From the NCBI GenBank assembly GCA_964402535.1, contig CAYOCH010000001.1, forward strand, positions 72,286 through 136,285: a stretch of 64,000 bases of DNA, given 5' to 3'. The DNA comes from an uncultured Candidatus Saccharibacteria bacterium. GTDB lineage: Bacteria > Patescibacteriota > Minisyncoccia > Phycocordibacterales > Phycocordibacteraceae. The notes beneath the pieces are model-generated. The model was not told the origin of the DNA. It saw only the letters and a program-made list of their open reading frames with translations, and did not search any database. Within the stretch, counting starts at the first letter, position 1; each line of letters begins with the position of its first letter. A program made the position numbers and the translations under genes. Of this stretch, positions 27,854-36,709 are shown one piece after another.

Positions 27854-29092
27854 ATGAAAATCTTAGCCATAGAGACCTCCTGCGACGAGACGGCTATCGC
27901 GATCGTCGAGGCCGGACACACTGCGGCCAGTGTGACCGGCGATGCGGAGTTCAAGGTGCTCGGCAACACGCTCCTCTCGCAGATAGAGGTTCACAAAGCG
28001 TACGGAGGCGTCTTCCCTGCGCTCGCCAAGCGCGAACACGCGAAGAATCTCGTCCCGATCCTCGAGGCCGCGCTCGAAGAGGCAGAGCTGTTGCATGAAG
28101 ATACGCAGGCGATCCCGCAAGAGAAGCGCGATCAGATCGCGAAGATGCTCGAGCGCGAACCGGGCCTCACTGAAGCGTTCTTCGATTTCGCGAGCGAGTG
28201 CGAGCCACCCGCGGTCGACGCGATCGCGGTCACGGCCGGGCCCGGCCTCGAGCCGGCGCTCTGGGTCGGGGTCAACTTCGCTAAGGCGCTCGCCACACTC
28301 TGGGACAAACCGCTCGTCGCGGTGAACCATATGGAGGGACACATACTGGCTGCACTCGCGCAGTCAGAAGCACAAAATTCGAATCTCGAAATCCGAAACG
28401 TGAAGATGCCGATCCTTGCGCTACTTATTTCAGGCGGGCATACGGAGCTCGTGCTCATGAAGAGCTGGCTCGAGTACGAGCTCGTCGGCCAGACTCGTGA
28501 TGACGCGGTCGGCGAAGCGTTCGACAAGGTCGCGCGCATGCTCGAACTCCCCTACCCGGGCGGACCCGAAATCTCGAAGCTTGCAGAGGCTGCCCGCGAG
28601 GAATGTCGGGACGTCGTACGTCCTACATTTGATGTAGGACGTACGACGTCCTACACATGGGCGAAACTGCCACGGCCAATGCTCCACGACAACACGTGCG
28701 ACTTTTCATTCGCCGGATTAAAGACAGCCGTACTGAACCTGCTCAAAAAGCGCACTGACCTCACAGAGTCAGACAAGCGCCATGTCGCGCGTGCTTTTGA
28801 AGATGCGGTCGGCGATGTGTTGTGGAAGAAGACCGCGCGGGCGATCGAGGCGACGGGTGCGCAGCTGCTCGTCCTCGGCGGCGGCGTCTCTGCCAACACG
28901 CACATCCGCCGCGAATTCACCACGCATATCGCTTCGGACTACCCGAATGTTTCGCTCCGGATCCCCACCGCAGCGCTCACCACCGACAACGCGCTCATGA
29001 TCGCGCTCGCCGGCTTCTATCGCGCCTCGCGGCGCGAGTTCGCCGTCCCTGAAGCCGTGACCGCAAACGGCAACCAGCACCTCGCGCAATAG
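27854..29092 (+). CDS. tsaD: tRNA t6A37 threonylcarbamoyltransferase
   Basis: AIETSCDET, NHMEGH, SGGHT, DDAVGEAFDK, TDNALMI. Confidence 0.96.
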   Translation: MKILAIETSCDETAIAIVEAGHTAASVTGDAEFKVLGNTLLSQIEVHKAYGGVFPALAKREHAKNLVPILEAALEEAELLHEDTQAIPQEKRDQIAKMLEREPGLTEAFFDFASECEPPAVDAIAVTAGPGLEPALWVGVNFAKALATLWDKPLVAVNHMEGHILAALAQSEAQNSNLEIRNVKMPILALLISGGHTELVLMKSWLEYELVGQTRDDAVGEAFDKVARMLELPYPGGPEISKLAEAAREECRDVVRPTFDVGRTTSYTWAKLPRPMLHDNTCDFSFAGLKTAVLNLLKKRTDLTESDKRHVARAFEDAVGDVLWKKTARAIEATGAQLLVLGGGVSANTHIRREFTTHIASDYPNVSLRIPTAALTTDNALMIALAGFYRASRREFAVPEAVTANGNQHLAQ

Positions 29093-29117
29093 CGCATATT
29101 TGCTATATTTTAAGGCA

Positions 29118-31235
29118 ATGCCTGAGAAATTCCTCAAGCCCTACGATTCGGCCACGACCGAGCCGCGCATCTATGCCGACTGGGAGCGGAGCGGACTCTT
29201 CAATCCGGACGAGTGTGTGAAGCAGGGCGTCATCGCCGCGGACGCCACACCCTACTCGATCGTCCTCCCGCCGCCGAACGTCACCGGCCGCCTCCACATG
29301 GGCCACGCGCTCATGCTCACGATCGAGGACATCTTCATCCGCTTCAAGCGCATGCAGGGCTTCAAGACGCTGTGGCTCCCGGGCACCGATCACGCCGCGA
29401 TAGCGACGCAGTCGGTCGTCGAGAAGCAGATCAAGAAGGAGGAGGATAAGAGCCGTCACGACCTCGGCCGCGAGGAGCTTTTGCGCCGCGTCGAAGCCTT
29501 TGCCGCAGCGAGCCACGACACGATCGTCTCGCAGATGAAGACGATGGGCGCCTCGCTCGACTGGTCGCGCGAGGCGTTCACGCTCGACGAGACGCGCAAC
29601 CGCGCGGTGCGCAAGGTCTTCAAAGAGATGTACGACGCAGGCCTCATCTACCGCGGCAACCGCATCGTGAACTGGGACCCGAAGGGTCAGACCACCATCT
29701 CTGACGACGAGATCGTCTACGAGGAGCGCCCCGCCAAGCTCTACACGTTCAAATATTCCAAGGACTTCCCTATTGCGGTCGCCACGACGCGCCCTGAGAC
29801 GAAGGTCGGCGACGTCGCCGTCGCCGTGCACCCTGATGATGCACGGTATATGGAGTTCGTCGGCAAAGAGTACGATGCCGTGTTCTGCGACGTACCGATC
29901 CACATCACGGTGGTCGCAGACAAAGAGGTCGACCCGGCCTTCGGCACCGGCGCCGTCGGCGTCACGCCAGCGCACAGCCAGACGGACTGGGACATCGCCG
30001 ACCGCCACCTGCTCTCGCACGAGGTGATCGTGATCAACGAGTACGCCAAGATGACCGTATCTGGACGGCTTGAAGGCAAGAAGACGGGCGAGGCACGCGA
30101 GATCGTCGTCGAGTGGCTCAAGAGCGAAGGGCTGCTCGAGAAGGAGGAGGATATCAAGCAGAACGTCGCCACGGCCGAGCGAACGGGCGGGATTATCGAG
30201 CCGCTGCCTAAGCTCCAGTGGTGGGTGGACGTGAACAAGGAGGTCCCCGGCCGCGGCACCTCGCTCAAGGGCCTCATGCTCGAGGCGGTACGCTCAGGCG
30301 CGATCACGATCATCCCCGACTACACGGTCAAGACCTACTATCACTGGATCGAGAACCTGCGCGACTGGTGCATCAGCCGCCAGATCTGGTACGGCCATCG
30401 CATCCCCGTGTGGTACAAGGGCGAAGACATCATGGTCGGCGTCGAGCCCAAGGAGGATGGCTGGGCACAAGACGAGGACACGCTCGACACCTGGTTCTCT
30501 TCAGGCCTCTGGACATTCTCGACACTCGGCTGGCCGGAACAGACTGACGACTTCAAGACGTATCACCCGACCGACGTGCTTGAGACGGGCTACGACATCC
30601 TCTTCTTCTGGGTCGCGCGCATGATCCTCATGACCGAGTTCGCAGTGAACGACATCCCCTTCAAGACCGTCTACCTGAACGGTCTCGTCCGCGACGCGCA
30701 GGGGCGCAAGATGAGCAAGTCGCTCGGCAACAATATGGACCCGCTCGACATCGCCGCTAAGTACGGCGCCGACGCGGCGCGCATGGCGCTCGTGGTCGGC
30801 AACACGCCGGGCACCGACATGCGCATGAGCGAGGACAAGATCAAGGGCTACAAGCACTTCGCGAACAAGCTGTGGAACATCGCGCGGTTCGTACTTGAGA
30901 ACACGAAGGGAGAGCCGGTTGTGCGCGAGATACGCGAGCTCGAATCCTACGGCATCCCCGCGCTCGTCCGCGAGGTGACCGAGGATATCGAGCAATACCG
31001 CGTCTATTTGGCGTCCGAAAAGATATACCACTACGTCTGGCACACGCTCGCAGACATCCATATCGAAGAGAGCAAGAAGGATGAGCGAATCAAGGCGGAC
31101 CTGTATTCGATACTGGTCATTTGCTTGAAGCTCCTCCACCCCTTCATGCCGTTCGTCACAGAAGAGATTTATCAGTCCCTCCCGACCAAGGATTCACAGT
31201 TCTTGATGACCGCGAAGTGGCCCCTGCTTCGCTGA
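29118..31235 (+). CDS. valS: Valyl-tRNA synthetase lacking the C-terminal coiled coil
   Basis: PPPNVTGRLHMGHA, DWCISRQ, KMSKS. Confidence 0.96.
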   Translation: MPEKFLKPYDSATTEPRIYADWERSGLFNPDECVKQGVIAADATPYSIVLPPPNVTGRLHMGHALMLTIEDIFIRFKRMQGFKTLWLPGTDHAAIATQSVVEKQIKKEEDKSRHDLGREELLRRVEAFAAASHDTIVSQMKTMGASLDWSREAFTLDETRNRAVRKVFKEMYDAGLIYRGNRIVNWDPKGQTTISDDEIVYEERPAKLYTFKYSKDFPIAVATTRPETKVGDVAVAVHPDDARYMEFVGKEYDAVFCDVPIHITVVADKEVDPAFGTGAVGVTPAHSQTDWDIADRHLLSHEVIVINEYAKMTVSGRLEGKKTGEAREIVVEWLKSEGLLEKEEDIKQNVATAERTGGIIEPLPKLQWWVDVNKEVPGRGTSLKGLMLEAVRSGAITIIPDYTVKTYYHWIENLRDWCISRQIWYGHRIPVWYKGEDIMVGVEPKEDGWAQDEDTLDTWFSSGLWTFSTLGWPEQTDDFKTYHPTDVLETGYDILFFWVARMILMTEFAVNDIPFKTVYLNGLVRDAQGRKMSKSLGNNMDPLDIAAKYGADAARMALVVGNTPGTDMRMSEDKIKGYKHFANKLWNIARFVLENTKGEPVVREIRELESYGIPALVREVTEDIEQYRVYLASEKIYHYVWHTLADIHIEESKKDERIKADLYSILVICLKLLHPFMPFVTEEIYQSLPTKDSQFLMTAKWPLLR

Positions 31236-31277
31236 AGCTACGCAGGGCAGGCCTCGTAGGCCTGCTACAATAGTGGG

Positions 31278-31973
31278 GTGACGTTTATCGCCCTTTTTTA
31301 CGCATTCATCGGCGGGCTCTTACCCTCCCTCATTTGGCTCTATTTCTTGCTTAAGGAGGACGCGAAGCACCCGGAGCCTAAGTCGCTCATCCTGCTCACG
31401 TTCATCGCCGGCATGCTCGCCGTCGCCGTTGCGCTCCCCTTCGAGCAGTACGCCAAGGCCAACCTCTCGGGCGACGTGCCGATCCTCACTGCCTGGGCGC
31501 TCATCGAGGAGGTGCTCAAATATGCTGTCGTGGCGATTCTGATCCTCTGGCGGTCCGCGGTCGACGAGGCGCCCGATTATGTGATCTATATGCTCACGTC
31601 CGCGCTCGGATTCGCCGCCGGCGAAAACGCTCTCTTCCTCCTCACGCCGATCGCGAACGGTGAGCTCGCGGCGAGCCTCTTCACGGGCGATCTGCGTTTC
31701 CTCGGCTCGACCCTCCTTCATGTGGTCGCCTCAGCCGCAATCGGCTTCTCCCTCGCGTTCTCGGCTGCGTCACGCCCAGTGGTGCGGATGAGCGCCGCCG
31801 GCATCGGACTTATCCTCGCCGTGTCGTTGCACACCGCGTTCAATACGCTTATCATCAGTCAAGGCACATCGGCGACACTTACGGCCCTCTTCCTCGTGTG
31901 GATGGTAGCCGTCATCTTTTTCGCAGCGTTCGAGGTGCTCAAATATTTCCAGTACCGTAATTTCCCTACGTAA
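31278..31973 (+). CDS. prsW: PrsW-family intramembrane protease
   Basis: IEEVLK, GFAAGEN, LH, H..FN. Confidence 0.85.
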   Translation: MTFIALFYAFIGGLLPSLIWLYFLLKEDAKHPEPKSLILLTFIAGMLAVAVALPFEQYAKANLSGDVPILTAWALIEEVLKYAVVAILILWRSAVDEAPDYVIYMLTSALGFAAGENALFLLTPIANGELAASLFTGDLRFLGSTLLHVVASAAIGFSLAFSAASRPVVRMSAAGIGLILAVSLHTAFNTLIISQGTSATLTALFLVWMVAVIFFAAFEVLKYFQYRNFPT

Positions 31974-31977
31974 CAAC

Positions 31978-32463
31978 ATGGCAAAGCGCTCCTTCTTCGA
32001 ACGACTCTCCGGATCGACCTCCTCTGCCGATACGTTCGACACGTTCGATGACGATGAGGTCGTCGCGACGCACGCGCCACACAAAGAGGGGCATGCCCGC
32101 CCGGCGCCGCTCGAGGATGACCTGCCCGTCTCCGAGGGTCAGCTTCCGGTGGATGTCCACCAGACCGCGAACGACATCATCATCCGCGCCTTTGTCGCAG
32201 GCGTCCGCCCCGACGAGCTCTCCATTTCGATAAGCCGCGACATGGTCGAGATCGAAGGCTCCCGTCTCGAGCGCGAGCAGGTCGCGGGGCCTGACTTCTT
32301 CACCCGCGAGCTCTTCTGGGGCTCGTTCTCGCGTGCGATCACCCTCCCGCAAGAGGTCGATGTCGACGCCGCAACCGCCAGCGCCAAGGACGGTCTCCTC
32401 ACGCTCATCCTGCCGAAGCTCGACAAGGCACGCCAGACGAAGCTTCGTGTGAAAGCAGGCTAG
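31978..32463 (+). CDS. Hsp20/alpha-crystallin small heat-shock protein
   Basis: PVDVHQ, WGSFSRAITLP, DGLLTLILPK. Confidence 0.9.
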   Translation: MAKRSFFERLSGSTSSADTFDTFDDDEVVATHAPHKEGHARPAPLEDDLPVSEGQLPVDVHQTANDIIIRAFVAGVRPDELSISISRDMVEIEGSRLEREQVAGPDFFTRELFWGSFSRAITLPQEVDVDAATASAKDGLLTLILPKLDKARQTKLRVKAG

Positions 32464-33572
32464 TCAAGCGTCACCGTCGTGAGCGTCGGGTCACGCGGCA
32501 CGAACTCGGCAGTAAAAGGCATCCGTGCTATGACACGCCCGTCAGCGGCGACAACGTCGACGCGCCAGGAGCCTGCTGATGTAATCGGCACGGTCGAGTA
32601 ACCGCGATACCCGTTATCGCGCCCGCCGATGATCGGATACGAGATGGTCGCGCGCTCCACCCAGCGCTTGTTCGCGCTGTCGTACCATGACCAGCGATGC
32701 GCGACGGTCGCCGTAAGCGTCGTCGGCGCAAAGACGGAGCTATAGGCAGATATCTGTTCGCCCTCGGTCACGTGCAGGGTCGGCGAGAATCCGAGGTAGC
32801 GGACGAGCCACGAATTTTCAAGTTCCGCCGCGGCCATATACGCGCCCGGGACGCGCCACACAGAGTGATAGACGCCCGCCGCAGTCGCCGAGAGCGGCAT
32901 CGGCGGCAAAACGCTCGTGAAGTAGAATAGGTTCATGAGCACGAGAACGATGAGCGCCCCGAGCCGGATACGCCAGACACCGCCCTTGAACCGCGTGTGC
33001 GCGACGAGCCGTAGCACGCTCGTGAATGCGATGAAAACAGCGATAGCGACCAAGCCGCTCAGGAGGAACGTCAGCGTCCCGATCGTACCGACGTAGATCG
33101 GTACTTCGAATATCGCGTAGTTGTAGAGTGCAAAGAAGAAGAGCACGGTCGTAAAGACGAGCCGCTGGTGATACTGGTGGAAGTACTCGCTCGCGAAGAA
33201 GATGAGGAACACCAGGATGAGGAACGGCCACGAGACGCCGAGGACCGCCGACCGACCGTAGAAGATGACGAACGCGCTCCAGAATCCGCCGAGCGCGAAC
33301 TGCGTCACGACGGCGAGAACGAGGCGCGAACGCGGCAAGGGCGTGCCGCGCTTGGTCGCGCGAGACTCGATCCAGTGGAGCGCAGGGATCGCGATGGCGC
33401 AGGCGATCGCGTAGCCAGCCAAGAGAAGCTGCGTCTGCAAGAGATCGATGCGCGTGAACACGAGATTGTCGGCGACGAAGCCGGCGATCATCGCGAGCGC
33501 AGAGAGATGCCGCTCGTACGCGTGCGCCCATGCAAAGAACCGCTTCACCATGCGTTTCATTATACTGATCAT
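32460..33572 (-). CDS. Membrane protein with C-terminal DUF2914-like domain
   Basis: Multiple TM segments, then H.W, GGRDNGYRGYS, G.WRVDV. Confidence 0.75.
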   Translation of the reverse strand: MISIMKRMVKRFFAWAHAYERHLSALAMIAGFVADNLVFTRIDLLQTQLLLAGYAIACAIAIPALHWIESRATKRGTPLPRSRLVLAVVTQFALGGFWSAFVIFYGRSAVLGVSWPFLILVFLIFFASEYFHQYHQRLVFTTVLFFFALYNYAIFEVPIYVGTIGTLTFLLSGLVAIAVFIAFTSVLRLVAHTRFKGGVWRIRLGALIVLVLMNLFYFTSVLPPMPLSATAAGVYHSVWRVPGAYMAAAELENSWLVRYLGFSPTLHVTEGEQISAYSSVFAPTTLTATVAHRWSWYDSANKRWVERATISYPIIGGRDNGYRGYSTVPITSAGSWRVDVVAADGRVIARMPFTAEFVPRDPTLTTVTLD

Positions 33573-33608
33573 TGCGCACGCGTCAGGCGCTTACACTGCA
33601 CAATTCGG

Positions 33609-33681
33609 TGCTTGGAGTCGGGATCGAACCGACGACCCCTTCCTCTTCAGGGAAGTGCTCTACCATCTGAGCTATCCAAGC
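33609..33681 (-). tRNA. tRNA-Phe(GAA)
   Basis: CTTCC-CT-GAA-GA-GGAAG anticodon arm, GGTTCGATCC. Confidence 0.92.
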
Positions 33682-33694
33682 TTGTTGTACCGGG

Positions 33695-33985
33695 TTATAT
33701 GCCCGCTTTGATCGAGTTTAGCAGCTTTTGCACGTCAGCGGAAGTCGGCAGGCCGAAGGGGCCTGATGCGGGCGTCTCAATACCGGTCGCCTGCGAGAAG
33801 CGCGCGACCAAGGGCTGCAGGTACTGCTGATAGAGATAGAGAGGGAGTGCGAGCACGATCACCCACACGATCACACGACCGATGAAGCCGAGCCATTGGT
33901 CGCGGCGGATCGCACGGAGCATCTGGTGGTTGTCCTTGGCGAGCGCGTGCGTCTCTTCAAGCAGCTTCTTGAGTTCTGGATCCAT
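33695..33985 (-). CDS. Hypothetical single-TM protein
   Basis: 96-aa ORF between two tRNAs. Confidence 0.75.
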   Translation of the reverse strand: MDPELKKLLEETHALAKDNHQMLRAIRRDQWLGFIGRVIVWVIVLALPLYLYQQYLQPLVARFSQATGIETPASGPFGLPTSADVQKLLNSIKAGI

Positions 33986-34010
33986 GTGCCTTCATGATAG
34001 CACCTGCAAG

Positions 34011-34082
34011 TGCCCTTGGTAGGAATCGAACCTACATCGCCTCGTTAGGAGTGAGGTGCTCTATCCATTGAGCTACAAGGGC
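34011..34082 (-). tRNA. tRNA-Arg(CCT)
   Basis: CT-CCT-AA loop, GGTTCGATTCC, acceptor GCCCTTG/CAAGGGC. Confidence 0.9.
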
Positions 34083-34100
34083 AGGTAAGTGGAGGGTAAC

Positions 34101-34156
34101 ACAAAACGCGCCCCGTGAGATGGCGGCTTCGCCTATCTCACGGGGCGCGTTTTGCG
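34101..34156. terminator. Long hairpin, probably a bidirectional terminator
   Basis: CAAAACGCGCCCCGTGAGAT...ATCTCACGGGGCGCGTTTTG. Confidence 0.7.
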
Positions 34157-34162
34157 TGCTCC

Positions 34163-34399
34163 CTAGATCCCGAGAGAGGAGGCGATGCGCTCCTGGTCGA
34201 ACCCGATGATCATCTCGTCGCCGATGACGATGACCGGGACGCCCATCTGACCGGACTTCTGGATCATCTCCTGGCGCTTCGCAAGGTCGTGCGCCACGTC
34301 ATACTCGGTATAACTGATGTTGTGGTCTTTGAGATAGTCCTTCGTCATCTGACAGAAGTGACAGGTCGGGGTGCTATAAATCGTGACTTTCTTGTCCAT
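34163..34399 (-). CDS. Glutaredoxin-like (NrdH/YruB family) protein
   Basis: CHFC, GQMGVPV, GFD. Confidence 0.9.
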   Translation of the reverse strand: MDKKVTIYSTPTCHFCQMTKDYLKDHNISYTEYDVAHDLAKRQEMIQKSGQMGVPVIVIGDEMIIGFDQERIASSLGI

Positions 34400-34452
34400 G
34401 TATCGTGTTATTAACGGTGGCTTCGAGTATAGCACGCATAGTTATCCACAGG

Positions 34453-34523
34453 TGCGGGTAGGGAGAATCGGACTCCCGACTACTGCTTGGGAAGCAGTCG
34501 TTTTACCACTAAACCATACCCGC
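34453..34523 (-). tRNA. tRNA-Gly(CCC)
   Basis: ACTGC-TT-CCC-AA-GCAGT; T-loop reads GTCCGAT. Confidence 0.88.
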
Positions 34524-34524
34524 A

Positions 34525-34863
34525 TTAGAAAAAGTTTAAGATCTTCTCCCACCAGGTGGGCGTCGCAGTCGGCGTCGAGGTCGCCGGAGGCACGACGACG
34601 ATCACCTCCTCGCCCGGCCGAGCGACGCCGAAGGCCGTCCGGATGGCCGCATCCTTCCCTCTCGCCGTGCCGAGCGCCGCCAGGTTCGCCTCGAGGATCG
34701 CCTTGCGCGCCTCAAGCGACTGATACTGCGCCTTAGCCTCGTTCGCCTGCGAGACGGCTACCTGAGCCTTACCCGCGAGCCCGTAGATCAGCGTCACGAG
34801 CCAGAATGCGACCAGGAGCAGGATACCGATCACCACCCCCTGCCGCCACTCTTTCGCGCGCAT
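34525..34863 (-). CDS. Septum formation initiator (FtsB/DivIC-like)
   Basis: TM plus coiled coil plus FGVARPGE. Confidence 0.7.
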   Translation of the reverse strand: MRAKEWRQGVVIGILLLVAFWLVTLIYGLAGKAQVAVSQANEAKAQYQSLEARKAILEANLAALGTARGKDAAIRTAFGVARPGEEVIVVVPPATSTPTATPTWWEKILNFF

Positions 34864-34876
34864 CCCTCCAGTATAC

Positions 34877-36709
34877 CTACTCGGCCGAGGTCTGCACCAT
34901 CTTCATAAAGACCTCTTCAGGGATGTTCACCTTCCCTCTCCCCCGCTCAAGGAGCTTCTTCTTGCCGCGCTTCTGCTTGTCGAGGAGCTTGTTCTTGCGC
35001 GAGACGTCACCGCCGTAGAGATAGCCGGTGACGTCCTTGCGCATCGCCGAGAGCGACCGAGACGCGATGATGCGCCCGAGCGCCTTACCCTGGATCTTGG
35101 TCACGAAGAGCTGCTTGGGCAGCATCCTGTAGAGCTTCTCCACCATCTTCTCGGCCTCCTCCTCGACGCGGCGGCGCGCGACCACGCGCGAGAAGGCCGG
35201 CACCGGCTCGTCGGCGACGAGCACGTCGAGACGCACCACATCCGCCTCGCGCTCAGGCAGGATCTCATACGAGAGCGACGCATAGCCCGACGAGAGGTTC
35301 TTGAGCTTGTCGAAGAAGCCGCGCATGAGCTCGCGAAGCGGCATCTCGATCGTCATCTCGATACGTCCGTCGGCGAACGTCTCTGTCCCCATCGTGTTCG
35401 CCTCATGATCGTAGAGCATCTGGACGAGCGCGCTCACGCAGTCGGGCGGCGTGATGATGATCACCTTCGCCCACGGCTCTTCGATCTTCACGATATCCCC
35501 GTACTCCGGGAACTTGGCGGGCGTATAGATCGTCTCGCGCACGCCGCTTTTCGTCGTGACGACGTAGGAGATGGTCGGGATCGTCACGACGAGCGTGAGG
35601 CTGAATTCGCGGCGCAAGCGTTCGGTGACGATCTCAAGATGCAGAAGGCCGAGGAATCCGCAGCGGAATCCCCTCCCCAAAACGCCAGATGATTCCTCCT
35701 CGAACGAGAGCGAGGAGTCAGAGAGACGCAGGCGCTCGAGCGCCTTGCGCAGGAGAGGTAGGTCGTCCTGGCTCTCGGGATAGACTGAGGCCCACACGAC
35801 CGGCCGAACCCGTTCGTAGCCGAGCAAGGCCGGCAGGCTGCCTTTAGCCGCACCGATCGTGTCGCCGACCGCCACAACCCCCGGTTCCTTGATGCCGGTC
35901 ACCACGTAGCCGATCTCGCCGGAGGAGAGCGACTCTGCCGGCGTCTCGCCGGGCGTGAAGATGCCGGTCTCGAGCGCGACGAACTCCTTCCCTGCGGCAT
36001 GAAAGCGGAGCGGCTGACCCTTCTTGAAAGTACCGTCGAAGACACGCATATAGACCGCGATGCCGCGGTGCGTCGAATACGAAAAGTCGAAGATAAGCCC
36101 GCGCGGCTCATCGGCATTGTAAGTTTGACTTACAAGGTTCTCCCTGGATTGTAAGTCGAACTTACAATGCGGGGGCGGGACGAGCTTCACGATCGCCTCG
36201 AGGAGCTCTTCGACGCCCGCCCCGGTGCGGCCGGAGACGGCGAGCACCTCGTCCGGCGAGACGCCCACGAGCTTCGCGAGCTCGGCCTTGACCTCAGCGA
36301 CGCGCGCATACGGCGAGTCGATCTTCGACACGATCGGGATCACGACACAACCCTGCGCCTGCGCCATTGAAAGCGTCGTCAATGTCTGCGCTTGCACGCC
36401 CTGCGTCGAGTCGACGAGGAGCAGCACGCCCTCGACGGCATGCAGTGCGCGCGACACCTCGTACGAGAAATCGATGTGGCCCGGCGTGTCGATCAGGTTC
36501 AGCGTGTAATCGCGATAGCGCATCCGCACCGGCTGCATCTTGATGGTGATGCCGCGCTCGCGCTCGAGGTCCATGCGGTCGAGCACCTGGTCGCGCATGA
36601 GGCGCTCGGGGATCGTGCCCGTCCGTTCGAGAAGACGGTCAGCGAGCGTCGACTTGCCATGGTCGACGTGCGCGATGATAGAAAAATTTCGGATGGTCTC
36701 TGGATTCAC
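34877..36709 (-). CDS. lepA: Elongation factor 4
   Basis: IRNFSIIAHVDHGKSTLADR, GFRCGFLGLLH, YGGDVSRK. Confidence 0.97.
   Translation of the reverse strand: MNPETIRNFSIIAHVDHGKSTLADRLLERTGTIPERLMRDQVLDRMDLERERGITIKMQPVRMRYRDYTLNLIDTPGHIDFSYEVSRALHAVEGVLLLVDSTQGVQAQTLTTLSMAQAQGCVVIPIVSKIDSPYARVAEVKAELAKLVGVSPDEVLAVSGRTGAGVEELLEAIVKLVPPPHCKFDLQSRENLVSQTYNADEPRGLIFDFSYSTHRGIAVYMRVFDGTFKKGQPLRFHAAGKEFVALETGIFTPGETPAESLSSGEIGYVVTGIKEPGVVAVGDTIGAAKGSLPALLGYERVRPVVWASVYPESQDDLPLLRKALERLRLSDSSLSFEEESSGVLGRGFRCGFLGLLHLEIVTERLRREFSLTLVVTIPTISYVVTTKSGVRETIYTPAKFPEYGDIVKIEEPWAKVIIITPPDCVSALVQMLYDHEANTMGTETFADGRIEMTIEMPLRELMRGFFDKLKNLSSGYASLSYEILPEREADVVRLDVLVADEPVPAFSRVVARRRVEEEAEKMVEKLYRMLPKQLFVTKIQGKALGRIIASRSLSAMRKDVTGYLYGGDVSRKNKLLDKQKRGKKKLLERGRGKVNIPEEVFMKMVQTSAE

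Noticed and set aside
29118-31235. valS as a truncated pseudogene
   Set aside because: All catalytic motifs are intact and no remnant of the missing coiled coil follows the stop; a naturally short form is more likely.
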